A stretch of DNA of 64,000 bases from an uncultured bacterium (lineage in GTDB: Bacteria > Patescibacteriota > Patescibacteriia > Magasanikbacterales > GWA2-37-8): positions 70,680-134,679 of the forward strand of contig CALCZC010000028.1 of assembly GCA_937903605.1 (NCBI GenBank), read 5' to 3'. Positions 37,355 to 46,410 of the stretch are shown here, piece by piece. Positions within the stretch are counted from its first letter, which is position 1, and every line of letters starts with the position of its first letter. The notes below the pieces were generated by a model. That model did no database searches and was not told the DNA's origin. It saw nothing but the letters and a program-made list of their open reading frames with translations. The translations under genes were made by a program, and so were the position numbers.

Positions 37355-37426
37355 GGCCTCATCGTCTAATGGTTAGGACACCACGCTTTCAATGTGGTAA
37401 TAGGGGTTCGATTCCCCTTGGGGCTA
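37355..37426 (+). tRNA. tRNA-Glu (anticodon TTC)
   Basis: GGCCTCATCGTCTAATGGTTAGGACACCACGCTTTCAATGTGGTAATAGGGGTTCGATTCCCCTTGGGGCTA. Anticodon loop CTTTCAA. T-arm AGGGGTTCGATTCCCCT. Confidence 0.85.
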
Positions 37427-37432
37427 CATAAT

Positions 37433-37470
37433 AACAAAAGACCCCTGTTCATCAGGGGTCTTTTGTTATT
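37433..37470 (+). terminator. palindromic terminator AACAAAAGACCCCTGttcaTCAGGGGTCTTTTGTT
   Basis: Direct reading. Immediately after tRNA-Glu. Confidence 0.7.
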
Positions 37471-37795
37471 ATTATAGTTTTTCAAGGGGAATCGAACAAG
37501 GAAAGGGAGAAAACGTGAGTTTTCTCTTGCTGAGGAAAGGTTGTTGGAAAACCCGAAGGTTTTCCAAATAGGAGGCCGAAGGACGACGACGTGAGTATTC
37601 CCCTTGGGCTACATAAAATAAAATACTCCGACTTGCTCGGGGTATTTTATTTTATCTAGTCGTAAAGCGAGAATCGAAGGGTGCGAGCGAGCAAGGAGTG
37701 ATAGCGACGTAGCGAGGCGACGAAAATATGCCGGTGGCATATTTTCGGGCACCCCGGACGCGATTCCCCTTGGGGTTACATAAAATAACACACTC
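37471..37795. repeat. degenerate tandem copies (about 170-185 bp unit) of the tRNA-Glu trailer: direct 3'-end fragments ATTCCCCTTGGG(G)CTACATAA(A)ATAA at 37593-37616 and 37763-37787, and inverted T-arm fragments at 37478-37495 and 37668-37685
   Basis: gtattccccttgggctacataaaataaaatactccgacttgctcggggtattttatttt and cgcgattccccttggggttacataaaataa compared with the genuine cgattccccttggggctacataataa. Inverted copy caaggggaatcgaac is the reverse complement of GTTCGATTCCCCTTG. Confidence 0.6.
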
Positions 37796-37898
37796 ATTAT
37801 AAGCTGGATTTTTTGTATTGTCTTCAAATAGCCAAAAGAGTATAATATCCATATAAGCCAAATGGCTAAATTAAAGGCCTTTTTTGTCGACTTAAGAT

Positions 37899-39833
37899 AT
37901 GAAAGTCAAAAAGTTTAAAAAACCCATAGATAAAAATAAAGAACAGGAGAATGTCCAAGAATTGCTTTTTAAAAAAATGCCTATAGGGTGTATTTTGTGG
38001 GATGAAAAATTTAGAGCCAAATTATGGAATCCGGCGGCCGAGAAAATTTTTGGTTATTCTGCCAAAGAAGCCTTGGGTAAACACCCTTATGATATTATAG
38101 TTCCCAAATCCGCCCAAAAACAGGTAACTACAATTTGGCGCCGTCTTTTGCGGGGCGACACTTCTGCCAATTTGATTAATGAAAATAACACCAAAAAAGG
38201 AAATAAGATTATTTGCAGTTGGACCAATACACCAATAAAAAAAGAAAAAAATAACGTGATCGGTGTTTTGTCAATGGTAAAAAACATAAGTGAAGAACAA
38301 AAAAATAAAAACGCTTTAATTGAATCAGAAAGACGTCTTGCTGAAGTGATTGATTTTTTACCGGATGCCACTTTTGTTTTAAATAAAGAAGGCAAAGTTA
38401 TTGCTTGGAATAGAGCAGTTGAAAAAATGACCAAAACCAAAGCAAAAAAAGTTTTGGGTAAAGGAGATTATACTCATGCGATGCCTTTTTATGGCAGGCG
38501 TAGACCGGTTTTGGCCGATCTTATTTTGCAACCGGAACTTTTGCAGAAAATTATTCAAAATAAAAAATATCCTTTTATTAAAAAAGAAAAAGATACTTTG
38601 GTTACAGAAATTTTGTTAAAAAATGTTGGTGGTAAAGATATTTTTGTCTGGGCAAAAGCCGCCCCTCTTTATAACGCAGCTGGTAAAGTTTCCGGTGTTG
38701 TAGAATCTGTACGTGACATTACGGATAAGAAAAAATTGGAAAAAGAATTGCACGAGCGAGCCAACAGATTAGAAGAGTTGACTGCCAAAGACGAGGCAAT
38801 CCTTTGGTCATTGGGAGAAAGCTTGCGAGTATTTGACATTACGGGAAAAATTTTGAAAGTTAATCGAGCCTTTGAGAAATTGACCGGTTGGACCATGGAG
38901 GAAGTTTTGGGTAAAAAAGTTGAAGAAATTTTACCCCAAGAAGACGAGAGAGGTAAAAAGATTTCTTTGGGTGCACGCAATGTTTTTAAGGTTTTATCCG
39001 GTAAAGTCGGACAAATAGAAATTTCCGGTTTTTATATTCGTAAGGATAAGACAAAATTTCCAATGAGCGGGGTGATTACTCCGGTTTATTTGAAAAATGA
39101 AATTATTGGTGCGATTGAGGTTTTTCGTGATATTACCAAAGAAAAGGAGCTTGATAAAGCCAAAAGCGAATTTGTCTCATTAGCCTCGCACCAGTTACGT
39201 ACCCCACTGTCAATTATCAAATGGACTTTAAATTCTCTGGATAAACAAGATGAATTTTTTCAAAAAAATCAAGAAAAAATAAAAGACGTATATGAATCAA
39301 ACGAGCATTTGATTGCGCTGGTAAACAACCTTTTAAATATTACTAGGATAGAATCAGGAAAAATAATCGTTAATAAAAAGAAAGTCGGTTTATTAAATTT
39401 GGTAAAAGAGGCTTGTAAAAATTGTCAAAAACAAGCGCAAAATAGAAAACAAAAATTAAAATTTATTTTTGAAGGTAAAATAGACCATGTTTTTGTTGAT
39501 CCGATTCTTTTTTCCGAAGCTTTCTGTAATGTTTTGGGTAATGCTTTCAATTACGGTTTGGATAAATCAACGGTTACGGTTAAAGTAAAAAGAATTAACG
39601 GAGATTATCTGATTTCTGTTCATAATTTCGGTCCTGTTATTGGAGAGCAAGAAAAAAAGAAAATTTTTACCAAATTTTATCGCGGTCCAGCTTCTCCTGC
39701 TAGAAATTTTTCCGGGAGTGGTTTAGGTTTATTCTTTACCAAAGCCACGGTAGAAGCTAATGGTGGTAAAATCTGGTTTGAATCTATAAAAAACAAAGGT
39801 ACGACTTTTTATTTTACTGTGCCCATAAAATAA
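37899..39833 (+). CDS. PAS-domain sensor histidine kinase
   Basis: Several PAS-like segments. H-box FVSLASHQLRTPLSII. HATPase N/G boxes (NAFNYG, GSGLGL). 644 aa. Confidence 0.8.
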   Translation: MKVKKFKKPIDKNKEQENVQELLFKKMPIGCILWDEKFRAKLWNPAAEKIFGYSAKEALGKHPYDIIVPKSAQKQVTTIWRRLLRGDTSANLINENNTKKGNKIICSWTNTPIKKEKNNVIGVLSMVKNISEEQKNKNALIESERRLAEVIDFLPDATFVLNKEGKVIAWNRAVEKMTKTKAKKVLGKGDYTHAMPFYGRRRPVLADLILQPELLQKIIQNKKYPFIKKEKDTLVTEILLKNVGGKDIFVWAKAAPLYNAAGKVSGVVESVRDITDKKKLEKELHERANRLEELTAKDEAILWSLGESLRVFDITGKILKVNRAFEKLTGWTMEEVLGKKVEEILPQEDERGKKISLGARNVFKVLSGKVGQIEISGFYIRKDKTKFPMSGVITPVYLKNEIIGAIEVFRDITKEKELDKAKSEFVSLASHQLRTPLSIIKWTLNSLDKQDEFFQKNQEKIKDVYESNEHLIALVNNLLNITRIESGKIIVNKKKVGLLNLVKEACKNCQKQAQNRKQKLKFIFEGKIDHVFVDPILFSEAFCNVLGNAFNYGLDKSTVTVKVKRINGDYLISVHNFGPVIGEQEKKKIFTKFYRGPASPARNFSGSGLGLFFTKATVEANGGKIWFESIKNKGTTFYFTVPIK

Positions 39834-39868
39834 TTAAAAAATAAATAAAAATTTAATTTTTTTAAAAT

Positions 39869-40252
39869 ATGAAAAAAATTCTAATTGTGGAAGACGAAGA
39901 AATAATGCTCAAAGCCTTGGTGGAAAAATTTTCCTCAGAAGGTTTTGAAGTGGTAAAAGCTATAGATGGTGAAGAGGGTTTAAAAAAAGCTTTGCATGAA
40001 AAACCAGATATCATATTGCTTGATATTTTGTTACCAAAAATGGACGGAATGGCGGTGTTGAAGAAACTTCGTGAAGATGCTTGGGGTAAATATGCCAAAG
40101 TAATTTTACTGACCAATGTTAGTGATGCGGAAACCGTAGCCACGGGCGCGGAGTTTGGCACTGGTGAGGGTGAAGTTTATGAGTATTTGGTTAAAACCGA
40201 CTGGACTTTGGATGAGGTTGTACAAAAAGTAAAAAATAGATTGAAAAGTTGA
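39869..40252 (+). CDS. stand-alone response-regulator receiver domain (CheY-like)
   Basis: ILIVEDEEIMLKAL. Phospho-acceptor Asp in DIILLDILLPKMDG. Conserved Lys near the C-terminus. 127 aa. Confidence 0.8.
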   Translation: MKKILIVEDEEIMLKALVEKFSSEGFEVVKAIDGEEGLKKALHEKPDIILLDILLPKMDGMAVLKKLREDAWGKYAKVILLTNVSDAETVATGAEFGTGEGEVYEYLVKTDWTLDEVVQKVKNRLKS

Positions 40253-40259
40253 TTAGCAT

Positions 40260-42002
40260 ATGGCATTTTTTGCAAATCACAAAACAATTAAAAAACAAAA
40301 TTCCGATACTTATCGGCAATTTTTTGAAGATAATGATTTGGTGATTTCTACAGATGCTAATTTTTTTTGGGGTGGTGAGTATGGGGTGATGGACGGCGGG
40401 CCGGCGATTGTAAATCTTTTTCCGCGTAAAATTTTTTTAGGCATATCAAAAATTTCACAAAAAAAAGTGAAAGCTGATTATTATCAATATTATCAAAATG
40501 ATAAAAATAGGTTTAATGAATGTTCCGGCGATTTGTTTTTTGGTATATATGGCAAAGATAAATTTGATGTTTGGTACAAATATCTACTTTCTCAAGGGTT
40601 TGATTCCGGCTTAAAAATAAATATTTTAACCGAAGTCCCCTTAGATGTTTCTGCTGGCACTCAAGGAAATGTCGCTTATTTATTTGCTTTAGCCGGCTTT
40701 TTATTGCTTGAAAAAATAGAAAAGAGAGATATGGAAGAATGGAAAAATAAAAGTTTGGAATGGCGCTTGAAAGACGAAAATTTTTTGGAAGTTCTTTATT
40801 TTGCTTGGAGTCTGGAAGCTTTGTTTAATGGTTATAATGTTTCCGGGGTTCACAGCTTTACGGCATCACTTTTTGAAAAAGAGCCGGTAGTTTTTTTGAA
40901 AGATGGAAATGTACAACAAGACCTAAATAAATATTTAGAAAATAGTCGCATAAAATTTTCGGCTTTAAAATTAGATAGATTGGAAAGCGGATTAAATTTT
41001 GATACAGCCGTTATTTTTTCCGGAAAAACCAAAAAGACCGGACAAAATGTTTTGAAAAGTTTGCAAAATTTATACGAAAGAGAGGACTTTAAAAAAGAAA
41101 AATTGGTTTTTTTGAAAGAAAATGAATTTTTGGCGAAATCCGCAGAATATAATGAATTAAAAAGTAGTTATTTTGGTACAGCCAAAGCATTGTCTTGGGA
41201 AATAGTAGCTTCATTAAAAGATGTTTTGGAAAAAAACAAGAAAGCGGAAGAATATTTTTTTAATAGTATAAATAACTATCAAAATATCTTTTCTTTACTG
41301 GGTATTTTGGGAGAAGGGGATGTGTTAAATTATATTTACGAACAGTTGCGTGCTTTAAAAATAAATTTTAAACCCATAGGTTCAGGCGGTGGCGGGTCTT
41401 TACTTTTGGTTGATAAATATGGAGAGTTAGAAATAAAATTAGCAAGATTAGAAAAAAAAGTAAAAGAACAAGAGTTGGATTTGGAAATTTATTTTTTTTC
41501 CAATACAGATGGTTGGGAAATAGACGGACCAACGGTAGAACAGTTTTTATCAGTCGGCTCCAGAGCGGATCATATCAAAGGTAGAATTTTCAAAGGTTTT
41601 GTTTATGATTGTGCACAAAGTAAAAAAGAAGAAATAATTGCTACTGATTTTGAAAAAATTATCAAAGAAAACGAATTTGTTTTAGATCTGGATAATAAGA
41701 AAATATTTATCAAAGGCAAAAAAATAACTTCCAAAGATTTACATAGTGCCAAAGTAGCAGTAGAAATTTTAGAGAAATTGATTTTGGATGATTTTCATAT
41801 GATTACGGCGGAAAAAATAGAAACTTCTTCTTACCGGGATCGTTATGAAATACAGAGTAAGATTATTTCCCCGCTTATCAAATTGGTAAAAGAAAAGCTC
41901 GGCAAAAAAATGCCTTTGGAAATAAAAGGGGAGTTAAGTAGGTTTAATTTGAAATTGAGTAAAGCGAATTTGAAGATAGTTTTAGGGAAAGAGGTTTTAT
42001 AA
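40260..42002 (+). CDS. divergent GHMP-kinase-family-like protein (long, 580 aa)
   Basis: N-terminal STDANFFWGGEYGVMDGGPAIVNLF resembles the APGKxxLFGEHxVVYGxPAIA signature. PLDVSAGTQGNVAYLFALAG resembles motif 2 (PxGSGLGSSAA). KPIGSGGGGSLLLV resembles motif 3 (KxxGAGGGG). Confidence 0.45.
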   Translation: MAFFANHKTIKKQNSDTYRQFFEDNDLVISTDANFFWGGEYGVMDGGPAIVNLFPRKIFLGISKISQKKVKADYYQYYQNDKNRFNECSGDLFFGIYGKDKFDVWYKYLLSQGFDSGLKINILTEVPLDVSAGTQGNVAYLFALAGFLLLEKIEKRDMEEWKNKSLEWRLKDENFLEVLYFAWSLEALFNGYNVSGVHSFTASLFEKEPVVFLKDGNVQQDLNKYLENSRIKFSALKLDRLESGLNFDTAVIFSGKTKKTGQNVLKSLQNLYEREDFKKEKLVFLKENEFLAKSAEYNELKSSYFGTAKALSWEIVASLKDVLEKNKKAEEYFFNSINNYQNIFSLLGILGEGDVLNYIYEQLRALKINFKPIGSGGGGSLLLVDKYGELEIKLARLEKKVKEQELDLEIYFFSNTDGWEIDGPTVEQFLSVGSRADHIKGRIFKGFVYDCAQSKKEEIIATDFEKIIKENEFVLDLDNKKIFIKGKKITSKDLHSAKVAVEILEKLILDDFHMITAEKIETSSYRDRYEIQSKIISPLIKLVKEKLGKKMPLEIKGELSRFNLKLSKANLKIVLGKEVL

Positions 42003-42027
42003 AAATAAAAAAGCCGGCATTTGCCGG

Positions 42028-42669
42028 CTAACGGTCGTTTCCATTGTCTCCTTCTGGTTCTGGCCAGCCATCACCATCTTTTTTTAGAAAATTACTGGTT
42101 TTTATGAGCCATGCGGCTCCTATCAAAAAAATGTCTAATAAACTAACTACATACCCTGTGCATAAATATATAACTAAGGTAATAATGGTAAAAATTGCCA
42201 GATAAATAATAAATTCCCACTCACGACTGCTGAGTGTGTTTTTTTGAGCCCTTATTTTTTCAAATAAAGTATTACTTTCTTGGTAATTAGTCATTTGATT
42301 TTTTTTCCAAGCTACCATGCTTTTTGGCCCCCATTTCCCATCAACAGTAAGCTTTGAATCAATCTTCTGTTTAAGATTGGTTTGAATCACTTTTATTTTG
42401 GGAATAAATTTCTCCCAAGCTTTTTGAGTTTTTAGCCCCCATTTACCATCAATCTTGAGACTAGGTGCAACCTCTTTTTTCAAGAGATATTGAAATTCTT
42501 TGACTTGTTCCCTTGTCATCTTTTTTTCGATTGGAGTAGGATTATAATTTTTTGCTTTCAAAAATACTCCTTCCTTTTCACGAATTATTTCTTTATGATG
42601 TTTAAAATGACCGCCCCAGCAAGAGAAAAAAAATCCAAAAAAAATAAAAAAAACGATTACCCTTTTCAT
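42028..42669 (-). CDS. membrane protein with two peptidoglycan-binding-like repeats
   Basis: Signal peptide. Repeats IDGKWGLKTQKAWEKF and VDGKWGPKSMVAWKK match the DGxxGxxTxxAv pattern of the PG_binding_1 domain. C-terminal TM helices. Confidence 0.5.
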   Translation of the reverse strand: MKRVIVFFIFFGFFFSCWGGHFKHHKEIIREKEGVFLKAKNYNPTPIEKKMTREQVKEFQYLLKKEVAPSLKIDGKWGLKTQKAWEKFIPKIKVIQTNLKQKIDSKLTVDGKWGPKSMVAWKKNQMTNYQESNTLFEKIRAQKNTLSSREWEFIIYLAIFTIITLVIYLCTGYVVSLLDIFLIGAAWLIKTSNFLKKDGDGWPEPEGDNGNDR

Positions 42670-42692
42670 GGCACACCCCCTTATTTTGGTTG

Positions 42693-42896
42693 TTAAAGAA
42701 CATTATTTATTGAAGGAACCAATGATTTTGACTGGTAAATAGATTTTTGACAATTTGGACAATAAATTTTAGGAATTAAACAGTAATTATCTTTACATAA
42801 AAAACAGGTGTCTTCACCGCAAATAGGGCAACTTCTGTTTCCCAAGGAAATAACGCTTTGAATTGTTTCTTCATTATTGTCCATATAATAAAGCAT
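42693..42896 (-). CDS. small zinc-ribbon protein (CPICG...CFLC...CPNC)
   Basis: Four Cys pairs in 67 aa. Confidence 0.4.
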   Translation of the reverse strand: MLYYMDNNEETIQSVISLGNRSCPICGEDTCFLCKDNYCLIPKIYCPNCQKSIYQSKSLVPSINNVL

Positions 42897-42949
42897 TTCA
42901 TTGATAAATATAAAATACTTTATCTATCCCCTGACAACAAAGGACAAAA

Positions 42950-42985
42950 ATAAAACCCCGCCCTTAGGTAAGGGCGGGGTTATCT
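42950..42985 (-). terminator. terminator downstream of hup (AACCCCGCCCTTAcctAAGGGCGGGGTT plus T-run on the minus strand)
   Basis: Perfect hairpin in the spacer. Confidence 0.6.
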
Positions 42986-42999
42986 TTAAGCTCTATAAA

Positions 43000-43281
43000 T
43001 TATGAAGCTTTTAAAGCGTCTTTGAGAGCTTTGCCAGCTTTGAATTTTGGAACCTTAACAGCCGGAATTTGAATTTTTTCGGTCGGGTTTTGTGGGTTTA
43101 CCCCAGTGCGTCCGGCACGAACTTTGACGGAAAAAGCGCCAAAACCGGTCAAAACCACTTCTTCACCTTTTTTCATAGTGTCGATGATGGTGTCAACGGT
43201 TGTGTTAACAAATTCCTCAGCCTCCTTTTTGGAAATGTTTAATTTTTCCGATAGAACTTGAGCTAATTCTGCTTTGTTCAT
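43000..43281 (-). CDS. hup: DNA-binding protein HU
   Basis: MNKAELAQVLSEKLNISKKEAEEFVNTTVDTI...GFGAFSVKVRAGRTGVNPQNP...IPAVKVPKFKAGKALKDA. 93 aa. Confidence 0.9.
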   Translation of the reverse strand: MNKAELAQVLSEKLNISKKEAEEFVNTTVDTIIDTMKKGEEVVLTGFGAFSVKVRAGRTGVNPQNPTEKIQIPAVKVPKFKAGKALKDALKAS

Positions 43282-43371
43282 AGTAGAATAAATTAAATTA
43301 AATACTTAAATTTCTATTATTAGAATATCATAGATTAAAGATTTTGGCTATAGATAGGCAAAATTGTTATC

Positions 43372-43416
43372 CACAGGGTGGTAGAAGCTAAAGCTTCACC
43401 ACCCTGCAGGCAGGAT
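43372..43416. other. long perfect hairpin CAGGGTGGTagaaGCtaaaGCttcACCACCCTG downstream of rny
   Basis: Direct reading. A bidirectional terminator AAAAAACTTCCCagtaGGAAGTTTTTT is at 43502-43530. Confidence 0.5.
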
Positions 43417-43584
43417 GTATAGTTAAAAGTTATAAAGTTACCCGCCAGAGGCAGATTCATCTTTGGTGAAAAAGTTTTTAAAGTTCTTTATATCGTATTA
43501 AAAAACTTCCCAGTAGGAAGTTTTTTAATTTAAAATTAATTTTTAAGACCTATAACTTTTTATTTTCAACTTTATACTTTTCAC

Positions 43585-45114
43585 TTATTTAGCGTATTCC
43601 ACAACTCGAGTTTCGCGAATTATGGTAACACGGATTTCACCGGGATATTGTAATTCTTGCTCAATACGACGGCAAACATCTTTGGCCAATTGATAAGCGG
43701 CATAATCATCAATTTCGCTAGGTTTGACAAAAATCCTGACTTCTCTACCAGCCTGAATAGCGTAAACTTTTTCAATACCCATGAAACTGCTGGCAACTTT
43801 TTCCAATTCTTCCAAACGAGCGACAAACTGTTCGTAACTGTCTTTGCGAGCTCCGACTCGAGAAGAAGAAATAGCGTCCGCCGCTTTCGCAATAGACGAA
43901 TATACATTATATGGTTTATCCATATGATGGGTGAGAGCAGCTTGAGCAATTTCTTCGTCAATATTGAATTTTTTAAGCAGTGCATAACCGATTTCTGGAT
44001 GAGAACCTTGAGTTTCTTGATCAACTGCTTTACCGATATCATGGAAGAAACCGCATTTTTTAGCTTTTGCTTCGTCCAATTTTAATTCTCCGGCAATGAT
44101 GGACGATAGATAGGCCACCTCAATGGAGTGATTAAGAATATTTTGACCGTAAGAAGTACGATATTTCAAACGTCCAACAATACTGACCATTTTTGGGTCA
44201 AGTCCGGTAATACCGAGTTTATATAGCGCTTCCTCACCGGCTTTTTTGATATCAATAGCCAAGTCTTGTTTGGCTTTTTCTACAAATTCTTCAATACGTG
44301 CCGGTTGAATACGTCCATCTTCTATCAATTTTTCCAAAGCTAATTTAGCTACTTGACGACGGATGGGGGAGAAACCGGAAACTGTAATAGTTTCCGGAGT
44401 ATCATCAATAATCAGTTCGCAGCCAGTTAATTTTTCGATTGTTTTAATATTGCGACCTTCTTTACCAATAATACGCCCTTTCATTTCTTCGCTTGGCAAG
44501 GTTACGGCAGTTGATGTGGTTTCTGCGGCATGAGAAGAAGCGCAACGTTGAATTGCGGTGGTGATTATTTCTCTGGCTTTATCTTCATAAACTTCACTGG
44601 CTTCTTTTTCTACTTTCATAACTCGACTTATCAAATCTGCTTGAGAGTCAGTTTCTATTTTATGAAAAAGTTGTTCCTTAGCTTGTTCCGGAGTCATACC
44701 GGCAACTTGTTGCAACTTTTGTTCCTGTTGTAGTTTGATTTTTTCAATATCTTCTTTGACTTTGTTTACCAACTCTACTTTTTCTTGAATTTTTTGTTGT
44801 TTATCCTGTAACTCCAAAAGTTTTTGGTCAAACATGCTTTCTCTTTTTTCCAAACGTTGTTGGGTGGCAGAAAGATCTTGACGTATTTGCCTTTCTTCTT
44901 TTTTGGTTTCGTCAATGATTTGGACCGCTTTTTCTTTGGCTTCCAAAATCAAAGTTTGATATTTGCTTTTAGCTTCTTCAAGCATTTTTTCCGCCTTAGC
45001 TTCGGCTGAATTAGCGGCTTTAAGAGCGGTTTTTTTACGCCAATAATAACCGACAAAAACCCCACCTATCAAGCAGACGATTGATCCGCCGATAGTATAG
45101 ATTACGATATTCAT
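43585..45114 (-). CDS. rny: ribonuclease Y
   Basis: N-terminal TM. Coiled-coil region. KH domain (IIGKEGRNIKTIEKLTG). HD domain (HSIEVAYLSSIIA...FHDIGKA). 509 aa. Confidence 0.9.
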   Translation of the reverse strand: MNIVIYTIGGSIVCLIGGVFVGYYWRKKTALKAANSAEAKAEKMLEEAKSKYQTLILEAKEKAVQIIDETKKEERQIRQDLSATQQRLEKRESMFDQKLLELQDKQQKIQEKVELVNKVKEDIEKIKLQQEQKLQQVAGMTPEQAKEQLFHKIETDSQADLISRVMKVEKEASEVYEDKAREIITTAIQRCASSHAAETTSTAVTLPSEEMKGRIIGKEGRNIKTIEKLTGCELIIDDTPETITVSGFSPIRRQVAKLALEKLIEDGRIQPARIEEFVEKAKQDLAIDIKKAGEEALYKLGITGLDPKMVSIVGRLKYRTSYGQNILNHSIEVAYLSSIIAGELKLDEAKAKKCGFFHDIGKAVDQETQGSHPEIGYALLKKFNIDEEIAQAALTHHMDKPYNVYSSIAKAADAISSSRVGARKDSYEQFVARLEELEKVASSFMGIEKVYAIQAGREVRIFVKPSEIDDYAAYQLAKDVCRRIEQELQYPGEIRVTIIRETRVVEYAK

Positions 45115-45428
45115 ATGTTATAAATAAAAAAATCCCAAGATTTTGGGAAGTTAAACATGTTTTAGCTTTATTTTAGCTAAAAAATCACTTATTTTACTTA
45201 TCCTTGGTACTTAAATTACAAAACTGCCAAAAATATTTTTTGGCTCAATACAGCTAAATTTGAAGTTTTGTTATTAAGATTGAAATTTGACATAACCTGT
45301 CGGTTTTCTATTACAAAAGGATAAATTCACAAACAGTGATAAGGCAGTTTAACTTCCGGAATCAAGATTGTTAATGAATTAATTTTGTATCTCCATTATA
45401 GCAATAATTTGTCTTTTTGTCAAACTGG

Positions 45429-45488
45429 TTGGTCTTCAGTCTGCGGTCTTCAGTTTTTTGTAGCCTGAGGTCTGAGGACCGAAGTCAA
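45429..45488. repeat. R4 palindromic element overlapping the last 13 codons and stop of truB
   Basis: ggtcttcagtctgcggtcttcagttttttgtagcctgaggtctgaggaccgaagtc. Homologous to 32807-32872. Confidence 0.5.
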
Positions 45489-46256
45489 ACACATTGCATC
45501 TTTTAAGTCGTAGTCGCCAATTTTAGTTCGTTTTAGTTCTTGGCAATAGGCCCTGGTATTCAATTTTTTTCCAATATCTTCCGCCAGAGTACGGATATAT
45601 GTTCCGGGGGAACAGGTGACGGTTATTTTTAAAACAGGATATTGATAACCCAAAATTTGTAAGTCAAATATTTCAATCTTGTTTGCTTTTCTTTTTATCT
45701 TTTTTCCTAAGCGCGCCAGTTTATAAAGTCGTTGCCCGTCTATCTTTTTAGCGGAAAACATTGGGGGAATCTGGTTTTGAGAGCCGATAAATTTTATCAG
45801 AATTTTTTCTATTTCAAGTTTTGAAGGAACATAAGGATGGATACTGGATATTGGATACTGGATATTATTTGAAAATATTTTTAATATCCAATATTTAATA
45901 TCCAATATTATTTTTTTGAGGGAACTTAATTTAAAAGGTGTGATAACCCCTGTTTTATCCCCAGTGTTTGAAACTTCACCCAACTTTATCGTCGCTTCAT
46001 AAGTTTTCGGCAGATTTTTGAAGTTTTCAATTTCTCGTGTAGCTTCGCGTCCGATTGCGACAATGAGCAATCCGGTGGCAAAAGGATCCAGCGTCCCGGC
46101 ATGTCCCACACGCGGTTTTTTAACTTCCGGATTTTGTTGGCGAAATATTTTTCGGATATATCCAACCACATCAAAACTGGTCCAGCCTTCGGGCTTGTTA
46201 ATTAGTAAAAAAGTATTTGATTCAAGTTTGAAATTGTTTTTAGTAATTATATTCAT
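45450..46256 (-). CDS. truB: tRNA pseudouridine(55) synthase TruB (no PUA domain) carrying an in-frame palindromic insertion
   Basis: Catalytic HAGTLDPFATGLL. FIGSQNQIPPMFSAKKIDGQRLYKLAR. 268 aa. Confidence 0.85.
   Translation of the reverse strand: MNIITKNNFKLESNTFLLINKPEGWTSFDVVGYIRKIFRQQNPEVKKPRVGHAGTLDPFATGLLIVAIGREATREIENFKNLPKTYEATIKLGEVSNTGDKTGVITPFKLSSLKKIILDIKYWILKIFSNNIQYPISSIHPYVPSKLEIEKILIKFIGSQNQIPPMFSAKKIDGQRLYKLARLGKKIKRKANKIEIFDLQILGYQYPVLKITVTCSPGTYIRTLAEDIGKKLNTRAYCQELKRTKIGDYDLKDAMCLTSVLRPQATKN
45841..45915. repeat. R3 palindromic element inside truB, 75 bp (25 codons, encodes IILDIKYWILKIFSNNIQYPISSIH)
   Basis: atactggatattggatactggatatt-atttgaaaatattttt-aatatccaatatttaatatccaatatt. 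Arms are reverse complements. Reading frame is maintained. Confidence 0.6.
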
Positions 46257-46376
46257 ATTGCTTGTATTGTATCATTCGTGCAGATTCGTGTAAAAAATCG
46301 TGTTTTCTGTTTTGTCTTTTTTCATTTATCTATATATTTGTGCAGATTAGTGCAAAGATTCGTGTTTTCTAAAACA

Positions 46377-46410
46377 AAAGCCCCTTATGCAGGGGCTATA
46401 AAATAAAGAA
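46377..46410 (-). terminator. terminator (AGCCCCTTatgcAGGGGCT) downstream of the 46411-46734 gene
   Basis: Hairpin followed by a T-run on the minus strand. Confidence 0.55.

Noticed and set aside
37355-42002. Integrated mobile element or prophage at tRNA-Glu
   Set aside because: tRNA 3'-end direct repeats are present, but the intervening units are only about 170 bp. No integrase, recombinase or phage-like genes follow. The downstream genes are a two-component system and a kinase.
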